Shown piece after piece: positions 10,920-21,503 of a DNA stretch of 64,000 nt. The position numbers were made by a program, and so were the translations under genes. A model generated the notes under the pieces. The model saw only the letters and a program-made list of their open reading frames with translations, did no database searches and was not told where the DNA came from. Numbering within the stretch: position 1 is the first letter of the stretch; the number at the start of each line of letters is the position of its first letter. The stretch is from an uncultured Trueperaceae bacterium. Its GTDB lineage: Bacteria > Deinococcota > Deinococci > Deinococcales > Trueperaceae. The DNA lies in contig CAVSGP010000009.1 in assembly GCA_963727505.1 (NCBI GenBank), positions 640,001-704,000 of the forward strand. Direction: 5' to 3'.

Positions 10920-11753
10920 ATGCCAACCAAGAAATACAGACCGTACACGCCCTCCCGCCGGACGATGACGACTTCCGAGTTCGCCGACATCACGGTGCGC
11001 AAGCCGGAGAGGTCGCTGCTCGGGGGGAAGCCCAGGAAGGGCGGGCGCAACGCCCACGGGCGCGTCACGTCACGCTTCCGCGGCGGCGGCCACAAGCGGC
11101 GCTACCGCCAGATCGACTTCCGTCGACGCGACAAGGAGGGCGTGCCCGCCAAGGTTGCGACCGTCGAGTACGATCCCAACCGTAGCGCGCGCATCGCGCT
11201 GCTGCACTACCTCGACGGGGAGAAGCGCTACATCCTGGCCCCGGACCGCCTGGCGGTCGGCACGCGCATCGTGTGCGGGCCGGAGGCCGAGCCGGTGGTC
11301 GGTAACGCGCTGCCGCTCCGCTTCATCCCGGTCGGCGCGGTCGTGCACAACGTCGAGATGGTCCCCGGCAAGGGCGCGCAGCTCGCTCGCGCGGCCGGCA
11401 CCAGCGTGCAGATCCAGGGTCGTGACGGCAACTACGTCACCATCCGCCTGCCGTCTGGGGAGCTGCGCCGCATCCATGGCGAGTGCTACGCCACCGTCGG
11501 CTCCGTCGGCAACAGCGAACACAAGAACATCGTCATGGGCAAGGCGGGCCGCAAGCGCTGGCTTGGCCGCAAGCCGCACCAGCGCGGACGCGCCATGAAC
11601 CCGGTCGACCACCCTCATGGTGGCGGCGAGGGCCGTTCGACGGGCGGCCGGCCGCCCGTCAGCCCCTGGGGCCAACAGGCCAAGGGCCTGAAGACGCGCA
11701 ACAAGCGCAAGGTGTCGAGCCGGTTCATCGTGCGCCGTCGGAAGGGGAAGTAG
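10920..11753 (+). CDS. rplB: 50S ribosomal protein L2
   Basis: [27 protein letters not shown]. Confidence 0.98.
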   Translation: MPTKKYRPYTPSRRTMTTSEFADITVRKPERSLLGGKPRKGGRNAHGRVTSRFRGGGHKRRYRQIDFRRRDKEGVPAKVATVEYDPNRSARIALLHYLDGEKRYILAPDRLAVGTRIVCGPEAEPVVGNALPLRFIPVGAVVHNVEMVPGKGAQLARAAGTSVQIQGRDGNYVTIRLPSGELRRIHGECYATVGSVGNSEHKNIVMGKAGRKRWLGRKPHQRGRAMNPVDHPHGGGEGRSTGGRPPVSPWGQQAKGLKTRNKRKVSSRFIVRRRKGK

Positions 11754-11756
11754 ATC

Positions 11757-12026
11757 ATGGCTCGCAGTCTGAAGAAGGGCCCGTTCGTCGACGGACACCT
11801 GCTCAAGAAGATCGACACTGCCAACGCCTCGGGCGAACGCCGCGTCATCAAGACCTGGAGCCGGCGCAGCACCATCGTCCCCGAGATGGTCGGGCACACC
11901 ATCGGCGTCTACAACGGGCGCCAGCACGTGCCCGTGTTCGTCCAGGAGAACATGGTCGGGCACAAGCTCGGCGAGTTCTCTCCGACGCGCACGTTCCGCG
12001 GCCATAGCGGGAACAGGAAGGACTGA
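11757..12026 (+). CDS. rpsS: 30S ribosomal protein S19
   Basis: [23 protein letters not shown]. Confidence 0.98.
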   Translation: MARSLKKGPFVDGHLLKKIDTANASGERRVIKTWSRRSTIVPEMVGHTIGVYNGRQHVPVFVQENMVGHKLGEFSPTRTFRGHSGNRKD

Positions 12027-12028
12027 CG

Positions 12029-12370
12029 ATGCAGGCCAAGGCTTCCTTGCGCATGCTGCGCGTCACCCCTCAGAAGACGCGGCTCGTCGCGGACCTGATC
12101 CGCGGCCAGAACGTGACGCGCGCGGAGGACATCCTGCGCTACACCAACAAGCGTTCCGCGAAGCCGATCCTCAAGTTGCTGCAGAGCGCGCGGGCGAACG
12201 CCGTCAACAACCACGACATGTTCGAAGACAGCCTCTTCGTCAAAGAGATCCAGGTCGGGGACGGCCCCACGTTCAAGCGCTACCTGCCGCGGGCGCGTGG
12301 TCGGGCTGATCTCTTGCGGAAACGCACCTGCAACATCACGATCACGCTGGAGGAACGCAGTGGGCAATAA
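12029..12370 (+). CDS. rplV: 50S ribosomal protein L22
   Basis: KTRLVADLIRG, PRARGRA. Confidence 0.97.
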   Translation: MQAKASLRMLRVTPQKTRLVADLIRGQNVTRAEDILRYTNKRSAKPILKLLQSARANAVNNHDMFEDSLFVKEIQVGDGPTFKRYLPRARGRADLLRKRTCNITITLEERSGQ

Positions 12371-13124
12371 GATCAATCCGATCGGCTTCCGGCTGGGCGT
12401 CAACAAGGAACCTTCCGCCCGCTGGTATGCCGATACCAAGAACTATCCGCGCCTCCTGACGGAGGACGAGAAGATCCGCAAGGCCATCTTCCAGGATGTC
12501 GGGCATGCCGGCATCTCTCGCATCGACATCGAGCGCGCCGCGCACAACATCAACATCACGATCCACACGGCCAAGCCGGGCGTTGTGATCGGGCGCGGCG
12601 GGGAGTCGATCAAGGCGCTCCGGGCGCGGCTCGACCGCACCATCCCGGGCACCATCGCCGTGAACGTGCAGGAAGTGCCCAATCCCAACACCAACGGTGC
12701 ACTGGTGGCCAAGCGCATCTCGGAGCAGCTGGAGCGTCGTTTCGCGTTCCGGCGGGCCATGAAGCAGGCGGTCCAGCGCACCATGGAATCGGGAGCGCAG
12801 GGCGTCAAGATCCGTTGCTCGGGGCGTCTGGGTGGCTCGGAGCAGTCCCGCGCGGAGTGGTACTCCGATGGACGTGTCCCGCTGCAGACGCTGCGGGCCG
12901 ACATCGACTACGGCACCGCCGAGGCGCGCACCACCTACGGCATCATCGGCGTGAAGGCCTGGGTGTTCCACGGCGAGATCGTCGGGCATAAGACCCGCCG
13001 CGCCGCGGTGCTCCCGCGTCCGCGCGAGGAGGACGACAAGCGCCGCCGTCGCCGTCCGCAGGCACGGCGTCGGGACGGCCCCAAGCGCGAGGGACGCGCC
13101 CGGGTCAAGAAGGAAAGGTCCTAG
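12360..13124 (+). CDS. rpsC: 30S ribosomal protein S3
   Basis: GTG start; GNKINPIGFRLG, GRVPLQTLRADIDYG; Arg-rich tail. Confidence 0.97.
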   Translation: MGNKINPIGFRLGVNKEPSARWYADTKNYPRLLTEDEKIRKAIFQDVGHAGISRIDIERAAHNINITIHTAKPGVVIGRGGESIKALRARLDRTIPGTIAVNVQEVPNPNTNGALVAKRISEQLERRFAFRRAMKQAVQRTMESGAQGVKIRCSGRLGGSEQSRAEWYSDGRVPLQTLRADIDYGTAEARTTYGIIGVKAWVFHGEIVGHKTRRAAVLPRPREEDDKRRRRRPQARRRDGPKREGRARVKKERS

Positions 13125-13127
13125 ACC

Positions 13128-13553
13128 ATGCTGCTTCCCAAGCGCGTCAAGTACCGCAAGCAGATGCGTGGCCGCATGAGAGGCGCCACCAAGGGCGGCG
13201 ACTACGTCGCGTTTGGCGACTTCGCCCTGGTGGCGCTGGAGCCGGCCTGGATCAAGTCGAACCAGATCGAGGCCTGCCGCGTCACCATGAGCCGCTATTT
13301 CAAGCGCGGCGGCAAGATCTACATCCGCATCTTCCCGGACAAGCCCGTGACCAAGAAGCCACAGGAAGTCCGCATGGGGAAGGGAAAAGGCGCCGTGGAG
13401 TACTGGGTCTCGGTCGTCAAGCCGGGGCGCGTGCTCTTCGAGGTCGCCAACGTCACGGAGGAGCAGGCGAAGGAGGCTTTCCGCCTCGCCAGCCACAAGC
13501 TCCCCATCAAGGTCAAGATGGTCCACCGGGAGATCTACGATGAAGCCCAATGA
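13128..13553 (+). CDS. rplP: 50S ribosomal protein L16
   Basis: [18 protein letters not shown]. Confidence 0.98.
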   Translation: MLLPKRVKYRKQMRGRMRGATKGGDYVAFGDFALVALEPAWIKSNQIEACRVTMSRYFKRGGKIYIRIFPDKPVTKKPQEVRMGKGKGAVEYWVSVVKPGRVLFEVANVTEEQAKEAFRLASHKLPIKVKMVHREIYDEAQ

Positions 13554-13740
13554 GGTCCGCAACCTGACGTCGGACGAGGTCCACCTCGAGGTGGACAAGC
13601 TCCGCCAGGAGCTTCTCGACTTGCGGATCCAGGCGGCCGTGGGCCACGCCTCCAACCCGAGGCGCATCCGCACGGCGAAGCGGGAGATCGCCCGGCTGCT
13701 GACCATCGCCGGCGAGAAGGTCGAGGAGACGACGCGATGA
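13540..13740 (+). CDS. rpmC: 50S ribosomal protein L29
   Basis: KREIARLLT; operon order. Confidence 0.94.
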   Translation: MKPNEVRNLTSDEVHLEVDKLRQELLDLRIQAAVGHASNPRRIRTAKREIARLLTIAGEKVEETTR

Positions 13741-13982
13741 AGAGAGCCATGCATGGGCGCGTCGTGAGCGACGGTGCCGACAAGACGGTGACGGTGGACG
13801 TGGAGCGGCGGCTCAAGCACCCGCTCTACGGCAAGGTCGTCACGCTGTCGAAGCGCTACCTCGCCCACGATGAGCGCAACGAGTACAAAGTGGGCGACGT
13901 GGTGGAGATCACCTCAAGTCGCCCGATCAGCAAGCGCAAGCGCTTCGTCGTGACGCGCCTGCTCGAGAAGGCCCGGGGCTAA
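13737..13982 (+). CDS. rpsQ: 30S ribosomal protein S17
   Basis: GRVVSD..DKT, HPLYGK, RPISKRK. Confidence 0.96.
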   Translation: MKRAMHGRVVSDGADKTVTVDVERRLKHPLYGKVVTLSKRYLAHDERNEYKVGDVVEITSSRPISKRKRFVVTRLLEKARG

Positions 13983-14005
13983 GGGCAGGGCAGGAGCATT
14001 CCGTC

Positions 14006-14374
14006 ATGATCCAGCAGGAGACCTACCTCGATGTGGCCGACAATTCCGGCGCCCGGCGGATCCAGTGCATCCGGGTCCTGGGCACCGGTCAACAGTTCGT
14101 CGGCTCGGTCGGCGATGTGGTCGTGGCGGCCGTCAAGGACGCCATCCCCCACGCGCAGATCAAGAAGGGCGATGTGGTGAAGGCGGTCATCGTCAGGACC
14201 AAGAAGGAGATCAACCGCAAGGACGGCTCCTCCATCAGGTTCGACAGCAACGCCGCCGTCATCATCAACAACCTGAACGAGCCGCGCGGTACCCGCGTGT
14301 TCGGCCCCGTCGCCCGGGAGTTGCGCGAGAAGCGCTTCATGCGCATCGTCTCGCTCGCACCGGAGGTGCTGTAG
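14006..14374 (+). CDS. rplN: 50S ribosomal protein L14
   Basis: [26 protein letters not shown]. Confidence 0.98.
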   Translation: MIQQETYLDVADNSGARRIQCIRVLGTGQQFVGSVGDVVVAAVKDAIPHAQIKKGDVVKAVIVRTKKEINRKDGSSIRFDSNAAVIINNLNEPRGTRVFGPVARELREKRFMRIVSLAPEVL

Positions 14375-14375
14375 T

Positions 14376-14705
14376 ATGTCGAGGCCGAAGATCCGCATCC
14401 GCCGGGGCGACCAGGTCCGGGTGATCGCGGGCAAGCACAAGGGCGCTGAAGGCGAAGTCCTCACCGTCTTCCGTGACACCAATCGTGTGCTCGTGAAGAA
14501 CGTCAACGTCATCAAGAAGGCGCAGCGGCCGACGCAAGACAACCCGCGCGGCGGTTTCCTCGAGCAAGAAGCGCCCATCCACCTGAGCAACGTGCAGCTC
14601 CTCGACCCCCAGTCCGGCGAGCTCACGCGCGTGGGCTACGACGTCGACGAGAGCGGTCACAAGCACCGTGTCGCCCGCAAGTCCGGCGCCCGATTGGACG
14701 AATAG
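14376..14705 (+). CDS. rplX: 50S ribosomal protein L24
   Basis: KOW motif [22 protein letters not shown]. Confidence 0.97.
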   Translation: MSRPKIRIRRGDQVRVIAGKHKGAEGEVLTVFRDTNRVLVKNVNVIKKAQRPTQDNPRGGFLEQEAPIHLSNVQLLDPQSGELTRVGYDVDESGHKHRVARKSGARLDE

Positions 14706-14712
14706 GAAGAGC

Positions 14713-15261
14713 ATGGAGAAGGTAACGTTACCCATCAAGGAACGCTACGAGCAGGTCAAGAGCCAGCTCGTCGAGCGCCACGGCTACAGCAATCCCATGG
14801 CCGTCCCGCGGGTCGAGAAGATCGTCATCAACATGGGGTTGGGTGAGGCCCGGGAGGACTCGAAGGTCCTCGAGCGTGCCTCCAGGGATCTGGCGCAGAT
14901 CGCGTTGCAGCGCCCGGTCGTGACCAAGGCCAAGAAGTCGGTGTCGAACTTCAAGGTGCGCGCCGGCATGGCGATCGGTCTCAAGGTGACGCTGCGCGGG
15001 ACGCGCATGTGGGCGTTCCTCGATAAGCTGATCAATGTCGCTCTGCCCAGGGTGCGGGATTTCCGCGGCATCAGCGCCAACAGCTTCGACGGTCGGGGCA
15101 ACTACAGCCTCGGGGTCCGGGAGCAGCTGGTGTTCCCTGAGATCAACTACGACCAGGTCGATGCCACCCGAGGCATGGATATCACCATCGTGACGACGGC
15201 GGAGAGCGACGAGGAAGCGCGCAGCTTGCTCGAGTTCCTCGGCATGCCGTTCAGGAAGTAG
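14713..15261 (+). CDS. rplE: 50S ribosomal protein L5
   Basis: [25 protein letters not shown]. Confidence 0.97.
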   Translation: MEKVTLPIKERYEQVKSQLVERHGYSNPMAVPRVEKIVINMGLGEAREDSKVLERASRDLAQIALQRPVVTKAKKSVSNFKVRAGMAIGLKVTLRGTRMWAFLDKLINVALPRVRDFRGISANSFDGRGNYSLGVREQLVFPEINYDQVDATRGMDITIVTTAESDEEARSLLEFLGMPFRK

Positions 15262-15270
15262 GGAGGACAC

Positions 15271-15456
15271 GTGGCAACGAAAGCCCAGATCGCCAAGTCC
15301 AATCGCAAGCCCAAGTACGAGGCCCGGCACGTCAACCGCTGCAGCCGCTGCGGGCGCTCGCGTGCGTACCTGCGCGACTTCGGCCTGTGCCGCATCTGCG
15401 TCCGGGAGATGGCGCACAAGGGCTACCTGCCCGGAGTCGTCAAGGCCAGCTGGTGA
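15271..15456 (+). CDS. rpsZ: 30S ribosomal protein S14 type Z (zinc-binding)
   Basis: CSRCGR...[13 protein letters not shown]. Confidence 0.96.
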   Translation: MATKAQIAKSNRKPKYEARHVNRCSRCGRSRAYLRDFGLCRICVREMAHKGYLPGVVKASW

Positions 15457-15545
15457 TTCGCGGCGCAACAAGCGAGAAGCGTTACTAGCGGGGCAAAGGT
15501 CAACGCGCTTTGCGTTGAAACCGGCCCCAGGAGGACCCACAAACG

Positions 15546-15941
15546 ATGCAAACGGATCCCATTGCTGACATGCTCACCCGCATTCGGAACGCCCAGGCCG
15601 TTCACATGGCCAGCGTCGACGTTCCGGCGAGCAAGTTCAAGAAGTCCCTGGCGGACGTACTGGTCCGCGAAGGTTACCTGAAGTCGGTCGAGGAGACCGA
15701 GGTCGGCGGCCACCCCGTGCTGAAGATCGCGTTGAAGTACGGTCCCAGGCGCGCGCCCGTCATCCACCAGATCACCCGCGTTTCCACGCCCGGGCGTCGT
15801 GCCTACGCCAAAGGGAAGCACGTCCCGGTGGTGCGCGGTGGTCTCGGCGTGGCGGTCGTGTCGACCTCCCACGGCCTCATGATCGACTCGGAGGCACGCC
15901 GCAAGAACGTCGGCGGCGAGATCGTCTGCGAGGTGTGGTGA
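15546..15941 (+). CDS. rpsH: 30S ribosomal protein S8
   Basis: TDPIADMLTRIRNA, GGEIVCEVW. Confidence 0.98.
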   Translation: MQTDPIADMLTRIRNAQAVHMASVDVPASKFKKSLADVLVREGYLKSVEETEVGGHPVLKIALKYGPRRAPVIHQITRVSTPGRRAYAKGKHVPVVRGGLGVAVVSTSHGLMIDSEARRKNVGGEIVCEVW

Positions 15942-15942
15942 G

Positions 15943-16482
15943 ATGTCCCGCGTAGGTCGCGCGCCGATCACGCTCCCGAAGGGCGTCGAGCTGCAGGTGG
16001 CGGAGAACACGGTGAATGTGAAGGGCCCCATGGGTGCCCTTTCCGTCGATATCAGCCCACGCATCTCCGTGAAGATCGAGGATGGCGTCGTCACCATGGA
16101 ACGGCCCACGGACCATCGCAACGACCGCGCGCAGCACGGGCTGGCGCGCAGCCTGGTGGCCAATGCCGTCGCCGGCGTGTCGGGTGGCTTCCAGAAGAAC
16201 CTGGAGATCCAGGGCGTCGGCTTCCGTTGCCAGATGAAGGGCAGCGCGCTCGAGCTCACCGTGGGGTACTCCCACGCCGTGGTCATCACGCCGCCGGAGG
16301 GGGTCACCATCCAGGCGCCCGAAGCGACGAAGATCTCGGTGAGCGGCATCGACAAGCAGTTGGTGGGCCAGGTGGCTGCCAACATCCGCGCGGTCCGGCC
16401 GCCCGACCATTACCACGGCAAGGGCGTCCGGTACGCAGGCGAACAGGTACGGCTCAAGGCCGGCAAGGCGGCAGCCCGCTAG
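15943..16482 (+). CDS. rplF: 50S ribosomal protein L6
   Basis: MSRVGRAPI, RPPDHYHGKGVRY. Confidence 0.97.
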   Translation: MSRVGRAPITLPKGVELQVAENTVNVKGPMGALSVDISPRISVKIEDGVVTMERPTDHRNDRAQHGLARSLVANAVAGVSGGFQKNLEIQGVGFRCQMKGSALELTVGYSHAVVITPPEGVTIQAPEATKISVSGIDKQLVGQVAANIRAVRPPDHYHGKGVRYAGEQVRLKAGKAAAR

Positions 16483-16509
16483 CCGGCGGCTGCAACGAGG
16501 TAGCGCATC

Positions 16510-16857
16510 ATGAATGGACTGACACGTACGCAGCGCCGCACCTTCCGGACCCGTCGAAGCATCCGGCGTCCGGTCGACACGGGGAGGCTCCGCCTCTCGG
16601 TGTTCCGCAGTGCGCGCCATATCTACGCTCAGGTGATCGACGATCGCCGCGGCGTTACGGTGGCCGAGGCCAACAGCAAGGCCCTCGCGCCGAAGGGAAA
16701 CAAGACCGATCACGCCAAGGCCGTTGGGCAGGAACTCGCCAAGCGAGCCCAGGCCGCCGGCGTCAAGCGGGTCGTTTTCGACCGAGGTCCCTACCGGTAC
16801 CACGGTCGCGTCAAGGCGCTCGCCGACGGCGCGCGCGAGGGGGGCCTGGAGTTCTGA
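16510..16857 (+). CDS. rplR: 50S ribosomal protein L18
   Basis: [35 protein letters not shown]. Confidence 0.97.
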   Translation: MNGLTRTQRRTFRTRRSIRRPVDTGRLRLSVFRSARHIYAQVIDDRRGVTVAEANSKALAPKGNKTDHAKAVGQELAKRAQAAGVKRVVFDRGPYRYHGRVKALADGAREGGLEF

Positions 16858-16900
16858 TGGCCGTCCTGAAGCTTCGCTACCAGAAAGGCCACGTGTCCTG

Positions 16901-17374
16901 ATGGCAGATTCCGACTTCGAAGACAAGGTCATCTTCATCCGCCGTACGGCGAAGACGTACAAGGGCGGCCGGCGCTTCCGCTTCGGCGCCATGGTGGTCA
17001 TAGGCGACCGCCATGGACGCGTGGGCGTGGGCCTGGGCAAGGCCAAGGAGGTGCCGCTGGCGGTCCAGAAGGGCCAGTATGTTGCGCGGCGCAACCTGGT
17101 GGACGTGCCCATCGAGGAACCCGGCACCATCCCGCACGAGGTGCTCGGCGAGCACGGCACCAGCCGCGTCATGCTCAAGCCTGCTGGAGCGGGCACGGGC
17201 GTTATCGCCGGCAGCGTGCCGCGCGCCATCGTGGAGTTGGCGGGCTACAGCAACCTGCTCACCAAGGAGCTCGGCTCGCGCAACCAGACCAACGTCGCGT
17301 ATGCGGTGATGCAAGGACTCAAGCAGCTCAAGACCTTCAGCGAGTCGAAGGCCGAGCGGGAGGCCGCGGAATGA
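16901..17374 (+). CDS. rpsE: 30S ribosomal protein S5
   Basis: [26 protein letters not shown]. Confidence 0.97.
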   Translation: MADSDFEDKVIFIRRTAKTYKGGRRFRFGAMVVIGDRHGRVGVGLGKAKEVPLAVQKGQYVARRNLVDVPIEEPGTIPHEVLGEHGTSRVMLKPAGAGTGVIAGSVPRAIVELAGYSNLLTKELGSRNQTNVAYAVMQGLKQLKTFSESKAEREAAE

Positions 17375-17550
17375 AACTCCGGCTGAGACGCAGCCTCATC
17401 GGCGTGCCGAAAGACCAGCGCGCGACGGTGCGTGCGCTCGGCCTGCGCAAGGTCGGTGACAGCCGTGACGTCGTCGACAACCTGAGCGTGCGCGGCATGG
17501 TCGACAAGGTCGCCTACTTGCTCGATATCGAAGGGCGGGAGCACAAGTGA
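17371..17550 (+). CDS. rpmD: 50S ribosomal protein L30
   Basis: Read by hand (below ORF-track cut-off): [27 protein letters not shown]...[11 protein letters not shown]. Confidence 0.95.
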   Translation: MKLRLRRSLIGVPKDQRATVRALGLRKVGDSRDVVDNLSVRGMVDKVAYLLDIEGREHK

Positions 17551-18026
17551 AGCTCAACGAACTCAAGCCTGCGCGTGGCTCCAAGAAGCAACGCCGCCGC
17601 GTGGGACGGGGCCTGGGGAGCGGCCGAGGCAAGACTGCGGGCCGCGGACAGAAGGGGCAGAAGAGCCGCAGCGGGTTCAGTGGCGGCGCCGGCTGGGAAG
17701 GCGGACGCTCCAGGCTCATCATGCGGCTTCCGAAGCGCGGCTTCACGCGCCAGCGGGACCTCTACCAGATCGTCAACCTGTCGGCCCTCAACGCCTTCTC
17801 CGAAGGAGATCGGGTCGACGGCGAGAGCCTCAAGGCGCGGGGGCTGGTGCGCAAGGCCGATCGTCCCATCAAGCTGCTCGGAGACGGCGAGCTGGAAGTC
17901 AAGAAGTTGACCGTGGAAGTGGAAGCCGTTTCGCGTGCGGCCGCTGAGGCCGTGACCGCCGCCGGCGGAAGCGTCACAGCCCGTGATGTGCCTGGCCCCG
18001 CCGCAGACGCGGCCGAGGAGAGCTAG
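17547..18026 (+). CDS. rplO: 50S ribosomal protein L15
   Basis: RVGRGLGSGRGKTAGRGQKGQKSR, RLPKRGF. Confidence 0.97.
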   Translation: MKLNELKPARGSKKQRRRVGRGLGSGRGKTAGRGQKGQKSRSGFSGGAGWEGGRSRLIMRLPKRGFTRQRDLYQIVNLSALNAFSEGDRVDGESLKARGLVRKADRPIKLLGDGELEVKKLTVEVEAVSRAAAEAVTAAGGSVTARDVPGPAADAAEES

Positions 18027-18028
18027 GG

Positions 18029-19348
18029 ATGCTCCAGGCTTTTCGCAATGCGATGGTCATTGCGGACCTGCGCGCCAAGCTGCTCGTCACCATCGGGCTG
18101 CTCACGGTGTACCGGCTGCTCGTGTTCATCCCGACCCCCGGGATCGACATCGCCAGGCTCAAGGCCGGCGGTTTCGGCCAGGGGTCGATCTTCGGCCTGC
18201 TCAACTTCATCTCGGGCGGTAACTTCAAGGTCTTCTCGATCGCTGCGCTCGGGGTCATCCCCTACATCACGGCGAGCATCATCATCCAGCTGTTGCAGTC
18301 GACCTACCCGCCGCTCGAGAAGCTGAGCAAGGAGGGTGAGGAAGGCCGGCGCAAGATCACGCAGTACACCCGCTACGGCGCGACCGCGCTGGGTGCGGTC
18401 CAGGCTCTGTTCCTGGCCATCGCCCTGCTCGGGCCGAGCGGCTCGCTGCGCATCGGCTGGGCCAACGGGCCGTTCTTCTGGTTCGTCGTGCTGGTCACGC
18501 AGGTCGCCGGCATCTCGGTGGTGATGTGGCTCGGTGAGAAGATCACCGAGTATGGCGTTGGGAACGGGATCTCACTGATCATCTACGCGGGCATCGTGGC
18601 CGCCTTCCCGAACGCCCTGGCGCAAGAGTTCGCGCTCATCGGCAAGGGGCAGGCGAACGTGTTCGGGTTGATCTTCTACCTCGCGCTGCTCATCGTGGCG
18701 ATCGCGGGGATGGTGCTCGTCCAGCAGGCCGAGAGGCGCATCCCCGTGCAGTATGCGCGCAAGGTGGTGGGCCGGAAGGTGATGGGCGGCCAGACCACCT
18801 ACATCCCGCTCCGGCTCAACGCCGCGGGCGTGATCCCCATCATCTTCGCTGTCGCCATCCTGATCCTGCCGCAGACGATCATCGGGGCCTTCCCCAACAC
18901 CGTCTGGCTGCAGGCCATCGGTTCCTGGTTCAACCCGTCGCACTGGCAGGGGCTCACCCTGAGCACGCTGCTGATCGTCGGGTTCACCTACTTCTACACG
19001 CAGATCACCTTCGACCCGCGGCGTATCAGTGACAACCTGCGCGAGTACGGGGGCTTCGTGCCGGGAGTCCGGCCCGGGCAACCGACCACCGACCACCTCA
19101 CCCGCATCACCAATCGCATCACGCTCTGGGGAGCGCTCTTCCTCGGTGCGGTCAATGCGCTTCCCCAGATGTTCGCCTGGCTCACGGGCACGGGCCAGCT
19201 CTCGTTCGTGTTCTCCGGCACCGGCCTGTTGATCATGGTCGGCGTCGCGCTCGACACGCTGCGGCAGCTCGAGTCGCAGTTGATGATGCGGCACTACGAG
19301 GGCTTCGTGAGCAAGGGCCGCATCCGCGGGCGCGGGAGGCGCTTCTAG
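18029..19348 (+). CDS. secY: Preprotein translocase subunit SecY
   Basis: SIAALGVIPYITASII, GVGNGISLII, AGVIPIIFA, PGVRPG; multiple TM segments. Confidence 0.98.
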   Translation: MLQAFRNAMVIADLRAKLLVTIGLLTVYRLLVFIPTPGIDIARLKAGGFGQGSIFGLLNFISGGNFKVFSIAALGVIPYITASIIIQLLQSTYPPLEKLSKEGEEGRRKITQYTRYGATALGAVQALFLAIALLGPSGSLRIGWANGPFFWFVVLVTQVAGISVVMWLGEKITEYGVGNGISLIIYAGIVAAFPNALAQEFALIGKGQANVFGLIFYLALLIVAIAGMVLVQQAERRIPVQYARKVVGRKVMGGQTTYIPLRLNAAGVIPIIFAVAILILPQTIIGAFPNTVWLQAIGSWFNPSHWQGLTLSTLLIVGFTYFYTQITFDPRRISDNLREYGGFVPGVRPGQPTTDHLTRITNRITLWGALFLGAVNALPQMFAWLTGTGQLSFVFSGTGLLIMVGVALDTLRQLESQLMMRHYEGFVSKGRIRGRGRRF

Positions 19349-19930
19349 GTGCCTGCCGAAGCGTCCAAGGCCGAGGTCGTGCTGTTGATGGGCCCCCCGG
19401 GTGCGGGGAAGGGCACGCAGGCGGCGAAGCTGGCCGAGGCGCGGGACCTTCGTAAGCTCTCCACCGGGGACATGCTCCGCTCCCACGTGGCGCGGGCCAC
19501 CGAGCTCGGCCAGCAGGCGAAGCACATCATGGAAGCCGGGGAACTCGTTCCCGACGACCTGATCATCGCCATGGTGGAGTCCGAAGTCGACGCCATGCGC
19601 CCCGTGCGCGCGCTGTTCGACGGCTTCCCTCGCACGCCGGGGCAGGCGCAGGCGCTCGACGAGCTGTTGGCCAAGGAGGGCGCCTCGCTCACCGCAGCGG
19701 TCGCACTGCTGGTCGATGAGGACGAGCTGGTCAAGCGCCTGAGCGGCCGCGCCATCGAGGAGGGTCGCCCGGACGACAACGAAACGACCGTCCGCAACCG
19801 CATGGAGGTCTATCGGCGCCAGACGCAGCCGTTGCTCGACTACTACTCGGAGCGCGGCAAGCTGCACCGGGTCGACGGCATGGGTTCGATGGACGAAGTC
19901 TTCGAGCGCATCGACGAGGTCCTTCCGTGA
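19349..19930 (+). CDS. adk: Adenylate kinase (short-LID type)
   Basis: GPPGAGKGTQ, STGDMLR, DGFPRT, RPDD. Confidence 0.96.
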   Translation: MPAEASKAEVVLLMGPPGAGKGTQAAKLAEARDLRKLSTGDMLRSHVARATELGQQAKHIMEAGELVPDDLIIAMVESEVDAMRPVRALFDGFPRTPGQAQALDELLAKEGASLTAAVALLVDEDELVKRLSGRAIEEGRPDDNETTVRNRMEVYRRQTQPLLDYYSERGKLHRVDGMGSMDEVFERIDEVLP

Positions 19931-20700
19931 TCCTCAAGCGGGCCAGCGAGGTCGATATCATGGCCGAAGCCGGCGTCATCAACCGTGAGGCGCTCGCGGC
20001 GGTGGCGGCTGCGGTGCGGCCGGGTATGTCGACCCTCGAGTTGAACGCCATCGCCGAAGATGCTATCCTCTCGCGTGGTGGGAAGCCCGCCTTCAAGGGC
20101 TATCGCGGCTTCCCTGCGACACTGTGTACCTCCGTCAACGAAGTGGTCGTCCACGGGATTCCGGACGGCGTTCGTGTGGTGGAGGGTGACATCGTGTCGA
20201 TCGACATCGGGACCTTCTACCGGGGGTATGCCGCCGACATGGCCAGCACGTTCGCTGTCGGCACGATCTCCGCTGAGGCCCGGCGCCTTCTCGAGACCAC
20301 CGAGCGGTCGTTGACCGCCGGGATCGAGGCTGCGCTGGCAGGCAACCGGCTGGGCGACGTTTCCGCGGCCATTCAGGGCGTCGTCGAGGCCGAAGGGTTC
20401 TGGGTGATCCGGGAGTTCGTGGGGCACGGCATCGGCCGTGAGTTCCACGAGGGCCCCGAGGTCCCCAACTATGGGCGTGCCGGCACGGGACCCGTGCTCC
20501 GTCCGGGCCTTGTTCTCGCGATCGAGCCGATGGTCTCGCTGAAGCGGACCACGGTGAGCATCGCGGACGACGGCTGGACGGCTTCCACCGCAGACGGGAG
20601 CCTGGCGGCACACTTCGAACACACGGTGGCCATCACCGAAGAGGGGCCGCGCGTGTTGACAGGAACGACAGGCACCGGAGGAGGTGTGCATGGCGCGTAG
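19927..20700 (+). CDS. map: Methionine aminopeptidase type I
   Basis: [34 protein letters not shown]. Confidence 0.96.
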   Translation: MILKRASEVDIMAEAGVINREALAAVAAAVRPGMSTLELNAIAEDAILSRGGKPAFKGYRGFPATLCTSVNEVVVHGIPDGVRVVEGDIVSIDIGTFYRGYAADMASTFAVGTISAEARRLLETTERSLTAGIEAALAGNRLGDVSAAIQGVVEAEGFWVIREFVGHGIGREFHEGPEVPNYGRAGTGPVLRPGLVLAIEPMVSLKRTTVSIADDGWTASTADGSLAAHFEHTVAITEEGPRVLTGTTGTGGGVHGA

Positions 20701-20980
20701 GCGATCAGGAGGCCGGCCAGGAAGGCGCGGCGGCAGAGGAAAGCCGCGTACTCCGCGCGAAGAGGAAACGACGCAGGACAGCATCCGCACCGAGGGGGTG
20801 GTGCTTGAGGCTCGTCCGAACACGACGTTCCTCGTCCAGCTGGATGCCGGACCCGAGATCCTTGCCCACGTTGGGGGCAAGATGCGCCGTCACTACATCC
20901 GCATCCTCCCAGGCGACCGTGTCGTGGTGGAGATCAGCACGTACGACCCCGAAAAGGGTCGCATCGTCTATCGGAAATAA
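20690..20980 (+). CDS. infA: Translation initiation factor IF-1 with Arg/Gly-rich N-terminal extension
   Basis: [36 protein letters not shown] before ATG 20690. Confidence 0.93.
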   Translation: MARRRSGGRPGRRGGRGKPRTPREEETTQDSIRTEGVVLEARPNTTFLVQLDAGPEILAHVGGKMRRHYIRILPGDRVVVEISTYDPEKGRIVYRK

Positions 20981-20992
20981 CAGGAGTTGAGC

Positions 20993-21109
20993 ATGAAAGT
21001 CCGGGCTTCCGTGAAACCCATGTGTGACAAGTGCAAGGTGATCCGCCGGCACGGCAAGGTCTACGTCATCTGCTCTTCGAACCCGAAGCACAAGCAAAGG
21101 CAGGGGTGA
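20993..21109 (+). CDS. rpmJ: 50S ribosomal protein L36
   Basis: Read by hand: [38 protein letters not shown]. Confidence 0.97.
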   Translation: MKVRASVKPMCDKCKVIRRHGKVYVICSSNPKHKQRQG

Positions 21110-21112
21110 GGC

Positions 21113-21493
21113 ATGGCACGTATCGCTGGCATCGACTTGCCGCGTGAGAAGCGCATCGAGGCGGCGCTGCCGTACATCTACGGCATCGGCGCCAGCCGCT
21201 CGCGCGACATCCTACAGGCCGTCGGCGTCGAGCCCGACACGCGCGTCAAGGACCTCACCGAGGCCGAAGTCGGCCGTCTGCGTGAGGTCGTCGACCGCAC
21301 CTACAAGGTCGAGGGCGACCTGCGCCGCGAGGTGCAGCTCAACATCAAGCGGTTGATGGATATCGGTTGCTACCGGGGCCTGCGGCACCGCCGCGGTCTG
21401 CCGGTCCGAGGCCAGTCGACCAAGACCAACGCCCGCACCCGCAAGGGCCCGCGGCGCACGGTGGCCGGCAAGAAGCGGGCGCCGAGGAAGTAA
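21113..21493 (+). CDS. rpsM: 30S ribosomal protein S13
   Basis: [25 protein letters not shown]. Confidence 0.98.
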   Translation: MARIAGIDLPREKRIEAALPYIYGIGASRSRDILQAVGVEPDTRVKDLTEAEVGRLREVVDRTYKVEGDLRREVQLNIKRLMDIGCYRGLRHRRGLPVRGQSTKTNARTRKGPRRTVAGKKRAPRK

Positions 21494-21503
21494 GGGGTAG
21501 AAC

